This document shows positions 41,414 to 50,826 of a stretch of 64,000 nucleotides of DNA, in pieces; the stretch's first letter is position 1; every line of letters starts with the position of its first letter. The notes beneath the pieces are model-generated. The model worked only from the letters and a program-made list of their open reading frames with translations, did not search any database and had not been told where the DNA came from. The DNA is from a virus, in the IMG/VR virus record IMGVR_UViG_3300029448_000010, positions 1 to 64,000 of that record; one strand, written 5' to 3'. The position numbers and the translations under genes were made by a program.

Positions 41414-41433
41414 ACCATATATAAGGAGAGTCA
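41414..41433 (-). promoter_or_regulatory. Putative TATA promoter (TGACTCTCCTTATATATGGT)
   Basis: TTATATA box about 55 bp upstream of ATG 41364; matches the 34970 motif. Confidence 0.55.
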
Positions 41434-41479
41434 ATGACCTATTTCCGATGTAATTCAGACACCTTTACTTATTACACCT

Positions 41480-42030
41480 ACAACATAATGATTATCAATA
41501 ATAATTAACTAATTACGATATATCGAATTATAATTAAAAAAGAAATGGCTCATTTTAATTAGGCAAACATTATTCCACCGGAAAAATAAGAGGAATAATA
41601 ATAGGTAGTAAAACGACAGGGTTGTGATACATAACTATTCTAATTCTAGGAGGTTTGACATTATTCCATTATTCCACTTTTTTTAGGGGGTCACTATCTC
41701 ATAGGGTCTATACATAACCCTAGAGAATCTAAGGGGTTCATATCCCATAAGAAACAAAGGGGATATACTTGTCAGATTGCCTTAGAGTATATGGAATAAT
41801 GGAATAATGGAATAAAAAAATATCTTTATACTTATGTTACATAACCCTCTAGTTTCTTTAATTATATTTCCATTTTGGGGTGGAAACATCGGTGGAAACA
41901 TCTTTTCCATTGTATATTATATGATATATTATATTCATATTGAATACCTATACCATAGTTATACGCTCAATTGAAAGATAGATTAACTAATAGTCCACTA
42001 TTCCGGTAGTGAAATATTACCTCCAAATAA
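41480..42030. other. Candidate replication origin: AT-rich non-coding region with inverted iterons
   Basis: TTATTCCA x3 (41570, 41661, 41669) facing TGGAATAA x3 (41792-41815); GGTGGAAACATC x2 (41879-41902); GAAACAAAGGGG (41751). Confidence 0.5.
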
Positions 42031-42087
42031 TCGCTCGTTAATACTATGTATCTTGGTTGTAGTGGCACTTTGCAGAACGGAAACCCT

Positions 42088-42136
42088 AAAAAAATAGGAG
42101 GGGAGGCTCCATAGGGGGCGAACCCCCTATGAAGCC
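42088..42136 (-). terminator. GC hairpin (UUCG-containing loop on -) plus T-tract
   Basis: catagggg-gcgaac-cccctatg, with an A-tract at 42088 on +. Confidence 0.65.
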
Positions 42137-42185
42137 AACTTTGGGTGCAATACCCAGTTAACTGAGTGAAAAATCAGATAATTCT

Positions 42186-42446
42186 TCATTCGTCGTTGCG
42201 CTTATTGTTCAACCTGCGAATCATGTTGACAATTTTGTTCTGGTCGTATTTGGTAAAACTACCTGACATGACTATTCTCAAATCTTCATTGAGATGAAAC
42301 CTGTCAAGTCTGATGCTGGGATTAACATCCATCAATCGCCCGACAAAAGCCAGTATTTTCTTTCTATATCTAAAAGCATCAGAGCAGTATTGAATATCAA
42401 TACTCCCTGCGCCAGTCATCAAGTCTATGTTCATTTGTGCGCCCAT
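42186..42446 (-). CDS. Cassette gene, hypothetical
   Basis: GGTGA SD; downstream of repeat 42496. Confidence 0.6.
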   Translation of the reverse strand: MGAQMNIDLMTGAGSIDIQYCSDAFRYRKKILAFVGRLMDVNPSIRLDRFHLNEDLRIVMSGSFTKYDQNKIVNMIRRLNNKRNDE

Positions 42447-42611
42447 ATTATCACCTTGTAATGATAATGGCTCCTGTATATGATATAGGCTCCCTCAAAG
42501 TTACGACCATATGGTTGTAAATCGGCTTTGGTAATTTGCGTTCTTAAAAAAATAGAAAAAAATGATGCAGGGCCGATTTAAGTCACCCTGCATCATTTTT
42601 TACATCAAACC

Positions 42612-42977
42612 TCATACATGCCATCGAATAGCCGTTTTTGGCATTGTCATCAGCAGTGAAAACGCTGCTTTGATATACGATTCTTCATTTTCTTTATCGA
42701 AGAAATCACAAGTTATCGACAATATTTCTTGAAGGTTTTCGGGAACATCACTGAAATTGATTGAGGGTTTCAATCCATTTTCAAGTACCAAGTTTTTGAA
42801 ATCTGCATACATTTTAATTCCATTATCGGACATCAAAGTTATTCCATCTCGTTCTCGGACACATTGACCACATAGAACAGTTATGTTGATTTCTGACAAT
42901 TCATCTTCATGTTCTGAACCATAAAACCCATAACTGACCGTTTCTCCACATTCGCACATACTCTCACACCATGACAT
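42612..42977 (-). CDS. Cassette gene, Cys-rich hypothetical protein
   Basis: GGTGA SD; downstream of repeat 43025. Confidence 0.6.
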   Translation of the reverse strand: MSWCESMCECGETVSYGFYGSEHEDELSEINITVLCGQCVRERDGITLMSDNGIKMYADFKNLVLENGLKPSINFSDVPENLQEILSITCDFFDKENEESYIKAAFSLLMTMPKTAIRWHV

Positions 42978-43074
42978 ATTATCACCTATTAATATCTATT
43001 ATTGAAGATGATATAGGGCCGCTACAAAGTCACAACCATATGGTATTAGACTTTGAGCATCCTTCGGAGAACAA

Positions 43075-43530
43075 AAAAAATAATGAAGAAAATCCGGTTA
43101 ATAGGTCAATCAACTACAATACTGCATTGTTTTTACCCATTTCTCTAGAACTATGGGACTATTTTTTAGCAGAATCACATGTAGTTATGTGATTGACTTT
43201 TCACCTTCATTTCTCCATATGGGAATTGAAAGGTGTTGGACAGGCTATCTTTTAGATTCCTGCATTGTGAGTGAATTATCTTGCATCACTAAGTTTGAAA
43301 GTCCGTTATGGATTTCATATATGAGGTCACAAACTACACAATCTATTCATTGACAGTCAATCAACGCCCTTTTGAGGAACATAGGCCAAGAGCCACTATT
43401 CTAACTCATTTGAGCATCGAATACTGGTTAGACTCGCCACCACAGCGATTAGTGCATACCTTACGCCCCTTCAAGCGCATTCGGTCACCAACTATCCCAA
43501 GAACCCGCTAAAGTACCTTGAGACAATAAT
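43075..43530 (-). ncRNA. Candidate ~450-nt structured non-coding RNA occupying a whole cassette
   Basis: Has a promoter element and T-tract but no minus-strand ORF longer than 24 aa; long-range stems gtcaatca/tgattgac, actaca/tgtagt, aatgaag/cttcatt. Confidence 0.4.
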
Positions 43531-43814
43531 ATGGCACATTACCGTATATATCGGCTACTACAAAGTTACTACCATATGGTAGTGTACTTTGGTGATAGCC
43601 TATTTCAAAAAAAAAATAATAGAAAGCCGATGTAAGTCACTTTCTATTATTTTTTTATTTTGGACACCCACTATGGCACTTTAGACGACCATGTTTCATC
43701 AGTTAATGTCAGACTACTGGCCAGTAGTCCAAATACACCGGATGAGTTTTTGTTTCCCCGTCATTTTTCTGTACCAAACTATTCGGTCAGATTGTGCCAC
43801 AGTGAGTGTGGAAT

Positions 43815-43991
43815 CTATTCATCCCATAAAGCCGCTCTGAAATGCTTTTCGTTGAATGTGTCGCTATCTTCACTTAGCATAGCACATAATTCATTCACTA
43901 GGTCTTCATGGCTTATTAGGCCATCAGACATAGTAACATGATTGAGTACTTTTACTAATGCGAGATAATGTCTTTTTGAAAACTTGCTCAT
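43815..43991 (-). CDS. 58-aa protein MSKFSKRHYLALVKVL...FNEKHFRAALWDE (not in ORF track)
   Basis: Hand-translated; ATGA overlap with 43988-44452; KRHY...D..FN...F pattern seen in small phage early proteins. Confidence 0.65.
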   Translation of the reverse strand: MSKFSKRHYLALVKVLNHVTMSDGLISHEDLVNELCAMLSEDSDTFNEKHFRAALWDE

Positions 43992-44452
43992 TCTTCTTCA
44001 TCTCCTGATAGGTCTAAGTCCCGAATACACAATATAGCCGCAGTACGGTTTCTATCGAATGTGTCGTCATTATCGAATAGAGTTTCAGTCATTTTATGTA
44101 ATTGAAATGACACTACAAGTTTCATATCTTCATCCTTAATCAAGGGAAGTTGTTTCTGTAACTTCAATAATTTATTGATTCTGCCTCTAATCCATGCACG
44201 GTCAATCATTTTGTTACCTGTGCTACTAACTTCATCTATTTGCACAACTCCGACATCAGTACCAAACACAACATAATCAACGCATGTAATTGTTAATTTG
44301 TTAAGGCTCATAGTCCATTCAATATCCGTGCTTGTATCTCTTTCACTCCACATACTAACCATTGTGTTAGTATCTGTGAATTGATATACCATTTGTTTCT
44401 TGATTGTTCCATCATTATACACTGTATCGCCATAGGTAGTTATTATCTCCAT
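43988..44452 (-). CDS. Cassette gene, hypothetical
   Basis: Directly downstream of repeat 44489. Confidence 0.6.
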   Translation of the reverse strand: MEIITTYGDTVYNDGTIKKQMVYQFTDTNTMVSMWSERDTSTDIEWTMSLNKLTITCVDYVVFGTDVGVVQIDEVSSTGNKMIDRAWIRGRINKLLKLQKQLPLIKDEDMKLVVSFQLHKMTETLFDNDDTFDRNRTAAILCIRDLDLSGDEEE

Positions 44453-44539
44453 GTTAATATGGCATATTGGGGGCTATTTAGGCTAGCACAAAGCCGCTAC
44501 CATATGGTTGTAAAATGTGCTTTGGCGTTTGGCGTTCTT

Positions 44540-44606
44540 AAAAAAAAAGGGCTGGGAAAGGGGAATAGCGAGTAGGTTTCATTCTTCTCTCGCTATCCCC
44601 CTTTCT
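44540..44606 (-). terminator. Hairpin plus T-tract
   Basis: gaaagggga-atagcgag...ctcgctat-cccctttc with an A9 tract on +. Confidence 0.65.
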
Positions 44607-44709
44607 CTCATCTTATCGCATTGACTCTGTTCAGATTATTATAATTTTAACTGGTATTCCGATTGCCCGATGAGTATTAATTGGGGCCACAAAGGGTTTG
44701 AAGTGAGTA

Positions 44710-45237
44710 TCAGTGTGATTCCTCCGTTGAGTCCTCGTCACTTTCTTCATTGTCTGATGTTTCCTTAACTAGCGGAGTTATGTTAGTTAGTCCATCATCA
44801 GTCATTGTACCATCCCAACGGTCATCTTTCAATGCCGCCTTTAGTACTCTTACTGCTTTTGTTGCCATATCTTTTGCGTATGCGTCAATATCAGCGTAAA
44901 CACCGCCGGTTTTGCCATGAGGAAGCATAACTTCCAAAACAAGGTTAGCGTCAGTAATGGTTGCAAAGGCAGTTTGAATGCGGTTCTGAACAGAATCCAC
45001 AACAGCCTGTATTGCTGGCTCTAGTGTTGAGCCACGGCCCTTCTTGATAGGTGAGTTTGGCAGTGTTTTGCACAATGCCCTTACTGCCTCCCAAAAACGG
45101 TTCCTATCTTCATCAGATGCGGCATCGTCGCCAGCATCTAAGTTTACTGTAATTACATTAGTCATGGCTCCAGCGTCATTGTGCTGTAACCATGCTCTGA
45201 TTTCGTTAGACTTCATTATCCATTTATCGTTTTCCAT
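44710..45237 (-). CDS. Early protein, paralog family member 2 (likely start MENDKW)
   Basis: DAGAMTNVI.VNL.AG...RFWEAVRALCKTLPNSPIKKGRGSTL is shared with 45513. Confidence 0.75.
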   Translation of the reverse strand: MENDKWIMKSNEIRAWLQHNDAGAMTNVITVNLDAGDDAASDEDRNRFWEAVRALCKTLPNSPIKKGRGSTLEPAIQAVVDSVQNRIQTAFATITDANLVLEVMLPHGKTGGVYADIDAYAKDMATKAVRVLKAALKDDRWDGTMTDDGLTNITPLVKETSDNEESDEDSTEESH

Positions 45238-45397
45238 TCTTTTCATCTCCTGTATTAAAATAACTCCTAATACCAACCTCAAACCCTTTGAGACAATAAT
45301 ATAGCACCCTGCGGTATATGTAGGGTTGAGCAAAGATACAACCATATGGTGTTAAGTGATTATGTAATAATCATCGCTTTGCGACTTAACAGCCTAT

Positions 45398-45473
45398 TAA
45401 AAAAATAAAAGGCTACAACCGGCATAGACTGAATTAACAGATTAGAACTAGTTTTTAATTAGTCTATGCCGGT
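45398..45473 (-). terminator. Long hairpin plus T-tract
   Basis: accggcatagact...agtctatgccggt perfect 13-bp stem. Confidence 0.65.
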
Positions 45474-45512
45474 CATAATGTAAGTGGGGCTACGGGGGAT
45501 ATTCCGCATCAA

Positions 45513-45998
45513 TCATTCTTCTTCTTCAACCTCCAGATTGAAGGTTTGAGCATTTAGTCCATCACGACTACCATCCCAAATACCATTCTTTAGACGCTTT
45601 TTGAGCGAACCTACAATAGTACTCGACATGTATGCTGAATACTCATCAGCAGTGAATAAACCACCGCCAGACTTACCGTGCTTCAATAATAGCATATTCA
45701 TGCTACCAGTAGCAAAAAAATCAGAGGCCGCCTGTGCGACTTCATCTGATATTGAGTCAAGAACCGCTTGAATTTCGGGAGCAAGTGTTGAACCCCTTCC
45801 TTTCTTAATTGGGCTATTTGGCAGTGTTTTACATAATGCTCTAACTGCTTCCCAAAATCTATCTCGGTCTTCATCTGTTGTTGCGCTATTACCTGCTTCA
45901 AGGTTAACTTGAATTACATTTGTCATAGCACCTGCGTCATTTTCATTTAGCCATGCACTTATCATGCTGGCTCTTTCTGTCCATTTCTCTATATCCAT
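45513..45998 (-). CDS. Early protein, paralog family member 3
   Basis: Near-identical N-terminal half to 44710-45237. Confidence 0.75.
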   Translation of the reverse strand: MDIEKWTERASMISAWLNENDAGAMTNVIQVNLEAGNSATTDEDRDRFWEAVRALCKTLPNSPIKKGRGSTLAPEIQAVLDSISDEVAQAASDFFATGSMNMLLLKHGKSGGGLFTADEYSAYMSSTIVGSLKKRLKNGIWDGSRDGLNAQTFNLEVEEEE

Positions 45999-46842
45999 TA
46001 ATAATCAACTCCTAATTGTGTTTGATTAATGCTTCAATCCCCCGAAGCAATAATATAGCCACTTAGGGTATAATTAGGCTAGTCGTTCATTCTTCACTGG
46101 CAAAGCACCTACCATATGGTTGTGAGTCGTAATTCGTCTATATAGATGGCCTTTATGACGATTAAAAACATTCGTTTTGGAGAATAAGGTATTTTTTAAT
46201 AATGAAAGATAACACTTTAATTGAGTTGATGCGATTATTTAGGTGATTTTGGCTTGTATGCGAAGTCACCTATATATTTTTAAAAAATCTATATAGGCCA
46301 ACATAGCAGTTTATACAACCATATGGCTTTGTACAAATTTTTTATTTGCCTATATTAACATTAAAATGCCCATATTTAGGTGTTAATTAGCCAATATTAA
46401 CATTTAAAGGTTAATTATTTCGCCATTATACCGGCATACTTATACCATAAACAGGACTCGCTTAATACGGGATTGATAGTGTCAGACGATAATGATGCAA
46501 TTAAACACCTTAATAATATAGTTAACATTATTACACCAATACTTTCGGATATTAAAACTAATACTGAATCAAAGACTAATATACAAGTTACACCGGATAA
46601 TAAGGTTAAATTAAAAGAAATAGCAAAGATGCTTAAAACATTAAAAGCAAAGATTATAGCATTATACCATCCAAAGCCCACTAAACAAACTTCATTAAAT
46701 ATAAAATAACATTAAATCATTAAGATTTTATTCTGGGAATACATTAATTAATAAAAAAATGCTGACGCTAGTGCCACAAAAATTCCGCCACAATTTTTCA
46801 AAAACGATTCTATTTTAAACAATTAACAGGAAAAGGATTAAT

Positions 46843-49711
46843 ATGACATGGAAAAATAGTATTAAAAAAGCCAAAAAGGTTTATGTTGTCGTAAAGTTCG
46901 GAGCATATCATAATCCTAAAGACCTTAAATTGTCTGTCTTTGATGATAGGAAAAAGGCAGAAGAGGCTTTACAAAAAGTAACTTCATACAACGAAGATGG
47001 CAGTATAGATGACGGTAGTGGAAAAAGAACGAAAGGCGAGGCATATATTTACCAAACTTACATGAATGAAGATTTCCCAAATACACCTAGATTACTAACG
47101 CCACTCAAAGATAGACAACAGAAAAAGAAGTGATTAATATGACACGCTGTAATTATTTAGAAGGCTGGTTCGATAAGGAATCTGCTAAATTAGACAAAGT
47201 TGAGAATGATTATGGTACTTGTTTAGTTACAGGTCAAAAGAAAAAGGCTACTACTTTAACTAAGGCTCAAGCATGGGCCAAAGTATTCAGGAGGAATAAG
47301 GTATGAGTTGGCAAGATATAGTGAAAGTATCAATTACAGAGGGTCTATTCAATCAGACAAAAGAAAAGATGAGAGACATAAAAGCACAGTTAAGTGGTTT
47401 AGAGAATAGTTATACGAAAACGGCTTTAGACGAGATAGTTCATATCTATGAACAAGCAAAGAAGGCTCATAGGGAAAATAATAAAAAACTACTTGGATTT
47501 CATCTTAGAACAATGACAATAATAGGAAAAGACATATCAAACTACTTTGATGCACAAGATATAGTAAAAGGTTCAGATAATGAACGAAATATAAGTGCAG
47601 ATTCTTTTAGAGAATACGGAAAGGCTTCAAAGGAAAACCCTACATCTGCAAAAGACGATATTTCAACCCGTTCTCCTGAATTACAAAAAGGCGCACGGAC
47701 ATATCCACAAGGTATTGAAAAGGTAGGCAAGTTATTTTCTAAAGGAAAAATCGACATGAAGAGATATACAGAACTTCGTAAAGAATTACAGGAAATATTC
47801 GGAGTGGGGGAATAGTATGAGTTGGAAAAATATACTAAAGAGAGAGAAAACACCCCTTGTCCCTGATGAAGCGATGTTTGATATTCCTACTGGGAATTTA
47901 AAAAGTCCTCCTGAAAGCAGGTATTTTGAAAATGCAAAGGTGACTTATATGGAATCTGGCCAATTTGTGTTTGATGAAATAGATAAAAGATATATAATGA
48001 CTGATAAATACAAAAGAGGTGAAGTAGCGGCAGATAGAGCAACTATGGGAGAAATGGATGGAAGACAAGTTGTTTCTTTTGCCCCCCGCAGAGTGGCGAA
48101 AGATGCCTTTATTAAAGTCTTTGACCCCTACATGGACTTTATGCAATCTTGGCATAATCTAGAAACTTTACAAGAAGCAAATAAAGAATGGGAATATCTA
48201 ACCCATAGAGTTATGCTCACTGTTCACACCGCATTAAACAATTTATTCCCAACAGTGGAAGACGCATACAAGTCTAGAAAGTTAAATGGTTTCTTACATT
48301 GGAAAGGTGAATACTATCAGAATCTAATGAATGAGAAACTACCTGATACTATGGAACAAATTAAACCAGCGAAGAAACAACCATCGAAGAAAGAGCCTCC
48401 AAAGAAAAGAGACTATATGGCTGAAAGAAGAGAAAAAATAAAGCGTCTTAGGAGGGATAGGAAATGAGTTGGAAAAATATACTCAAAGACTCAAAAGCCG
48501 CTAATGAAGCACTAGAGATGGATTTCTTTATGAATAATTTAGAAAAGGCTCTAAAGTATGAAACTCAAGATATTCGTTTTGCTGACTTTGGCACTAAACA
48601 AAAGGTGCTAGATATTGCTAAAAAAGATAATTATAACCTACGGAATGCGGATGGAGATTATCACTTTATGACTCTTTCCGTTTCTGATTCTGAAGTAACC
48701 TTTGATGTTAAAAGAGGATTCATAGGGATGATGGTAAGGTTTAGTTTTGAAGGCGATAAAGTCAAATTTAAAATAATTGGGTGATTAAGATGACATGGGA
48801 AGATATAATTAAAGTTGGGAGCCAAACATTCGACTATCGAGAAAGAGCCGGACAACAAATGGTTGCGGATAGAAAAAAACAAGAGTTGGAAAAACTACGA
48901 CTTAAAACACAAAAAGAAATTAGCCAAATCTTGCGAGAAGTGCAGGAAAAACAAAAGTTGCTTGCTCAAAAGAAGAAGATACTAGAGGCAAAAGAAGTAG
49001 CAGATTTAGATGCTTTAGGTATCTCTTTAGGCAATTAGGTGATGCTATGTCTTGGAAAGATTCTCTAAAGAAGTATAGAACCAATGTAAGTGGTTCAGGT
49101 ATGATTCCTTTAGACCATGTACTAAAAGACCATAGTGAATTAGGTTTGAAAATTAGAGGCCTTATGGGTGCAGTAGGTAGTCTTAGGAATAATATGCCAC
49201 GAAGCGTTAGTAAAGTGATGGTTAAGTTAGATAAAATAAAAGAAGAAATGTATAGAGTCGAACAACTTATTACTGCTATGAATGAGTCTTATTCTGCTAT
49301 GGATAAAGAAGATTGGCAAAAGACAATGGAGGACTTAGAATGAGTTGGTTTGATATTATTAAAATGATGACTCCTAGAGAGTTTTTACAGGCACTAAATC
49401 TAGATGGTGACATTAAAGGAAGTGTGGGTAAAGCAGGTACTAATATGTCATTACATCACGATGCTGGTTTTGTTAAAGTCAATCAATCTAAAAAAGGCCC
49501 GTACATCGTAAATGTTGATGGTGAAAGATTTACCGATTATAGTCTAAGTAAGATACTGCCTCAAGTTAAAGACCAAGTTAAAAAGTCCCAAACTTCTTAT
49601 ACAGATGTCTTGCTAAGAGAAGCAGGGGCGGTTAGTACGGCCACCCCTAGTATTATTAATGTAAGATATTCTAAGAAAAAGGAGGATGAGAAGGATGCCG
49701 TCACAGAGTAA
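46843..49711 (+). CDS. Run of small/medium proteins with the MSWxxILK-type leader (46843, 47303, 47817, 48464, 48790, 49047, 49340) plus a 55-aa ORF at 47139-47306
   Basis: Shared 8-aa N-terminus, unrelated bodies, SD motifs and overlaps. Confidence 0.75.
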
Positions 49712-50822
49712 GAAGAAGAATATTCAAAGAGATGAGTACGGCAATACTATTGATTCTCCTACCTTAGATTTTATTATCGAATTTAAGAAATGGGAAAAGC
49801 AACTTAGAGGTATTAGTGCTAAACGGATTCAATCAGAAGGCCGAGAGAATAAAGACGGCTCTAGAAAAGCCGTTCCTAAAACCTTGTATGGTCAATTAAG
49901 ACAACATGTTACTGCGGCATTCAGAAGACCTAATTCTGTAAATGCTGGAGATAAAGGCGCATATAAGTTATTAGATAAAATTACTAAAGCAATTAAGACT
50001 AGGACTGTTTTTACTGAAGAAGACCTAGATGACCTTAAAGAGTTTCAAGATGACTTGACTGTATTTGAACAGGCAGAAGGAAAGTTAAATCCTAGAAATA
50101 CTCTATTTACTACTCCTAAAAGTTTCGATGAAGTGGATGGAGAAGTAGTTCCTAGTGAAGCCACTAAGCCACTATACGGTCATTATGTGGATAAATTTTT
50201 TGTGAGAAAATATCCTAAAAAGGGATATAAAGTAAAAACTAAATGGTCTAATTCTAGTATGAATACTGCTAATCCACCATTGGCTCAAGCCTTATTTGCA
50301 GGGCCAAAAAGCCCAAGTGACTTAGGTATTGAAAAAGGATTAATTCAAATCGTCGATGATGCAATAGAGGAATTAGAAAGTGAAAAGATTAATCTATACA
50401 CTATTGGAATTAAGAGAGCAGGGGCATTAGCAAGACTACCTTCTGTTAAGAAGTGGGTTAATTCTGCTATTAGAAATAAAAGATTCTATCCTGAAAACAG
50501 TGGTAAGATTAATTTGAGGGCTATTGGTAATGCTCTATTGGCCCAGACTTTTCCTATTAAAAGTGAAGCCGAGCAAAAGGTGTTAATGATAGCCGCTACT
50601 AATAAGCAGGTAAATTATGCTCAAGATATATTAAGATTCAAAGTAGGTCAAATTACACCTGCGGTCATGACTACTTTAATTAGAGAAGTTATTTCAAGAG
50701 GTTCGCAAGAACACATTAAAGTTAGAAATGGATATTATTTACAGTTAAGAGGATTGTCCGACCCTCCTTCTGAAACACATAAAGACATTAAAAAGAGTTG
50801 GATAGAAATGCTATGGGCGTGA
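49686..50822 (+). CDS. Hypothetical 378-aa head-module protein
   Basis: Long ORF; ends KKSWIEMLWA (leader-like motif at the C-terminus). Confidence 0.65.
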   Translation: MRRMPSQSKKKNIQRDEYGNTIDSPTLDFIIEFKKWEKQLRGISAKRIQSEGRENKDGSRKAVPKTLYGQLRQHVTAAFRRPNSVNAGDKGAYKLLDKITKAIKTRTVFTEEDLDDLKEFQDDLTVFEQAEGKLNPRNTLFTTPKSFDEVDGEVVPSEATKPLYGHYVDKFFVRKYPKKGYKVKTKWSNSSMNTANPPLAQALFAGPKSPSDLGIEKGLIQIVDDAIEELESEKINLYTIGIKRAGALARLPSVKKWVNSAIRNKRFYPENSGKINLRAIGNALLAQTFPIKSEAEQKVLMIAATNKQVNYAQDILRFKVGQITPAVMTTLIREVISRGSQEHIKVRNGYYLQLRGLSDPPSETHKDIKKSWIEMLWA

Positions 50823-50826
50823 TTAA

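Larger units (their letters stand above)
42496..46120. repeat. Array of six CAAAG-N5-ACCATATGGT(-Nx-CTTTG) hairpin elements at 42496, 43025, 43561, 44489, 45331, 46101 (variant at 46318)
   Basis: The exact 10-bp palindrome always starts 10 nt after CAAAG; a distal CTTTG closes the stem in five of six copies. Confidence 0.9.

Noticed and set aside
43290-43310. RNase P RNA-like GAAAGTCC
   Set aside because: It lies on the strand opposite to cassette transcription and lacks the GAGGAAAGUCC context and matching 3' P4 strand.
43690-43765. Hammerhead ribozyme (CUGAUGA and GAAA present on the - strand)
   Set aside because: Stems II and III and the NUH cleavage triplet could not be assembled in the required geometry.
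42971-43941. Plus-strand ORFs 42971, 43153, 43308, 43660
   Set aside because: Antisense to the cassette polarity, overlapping repeats and hairpins, with no SD or protein-like motifs.
42496-46120. CRISPR array interpretation of the palindromic repeats (with Cas4-like gene at 9526)
   Set aside because: Spacing is 530-930 bp with whole genes between repeats, the repeats are degenerate, and there is no cas1 or effector. Solo Cas4-like nucleases are common in archaeal virus replication modules.
46415-46709. ORFs 46415-46681 (-) and 46473-46709 (+)
   Set aside because: Low-complexity AT-rich sequence with biased composition and no clear SD; likely non-coding.
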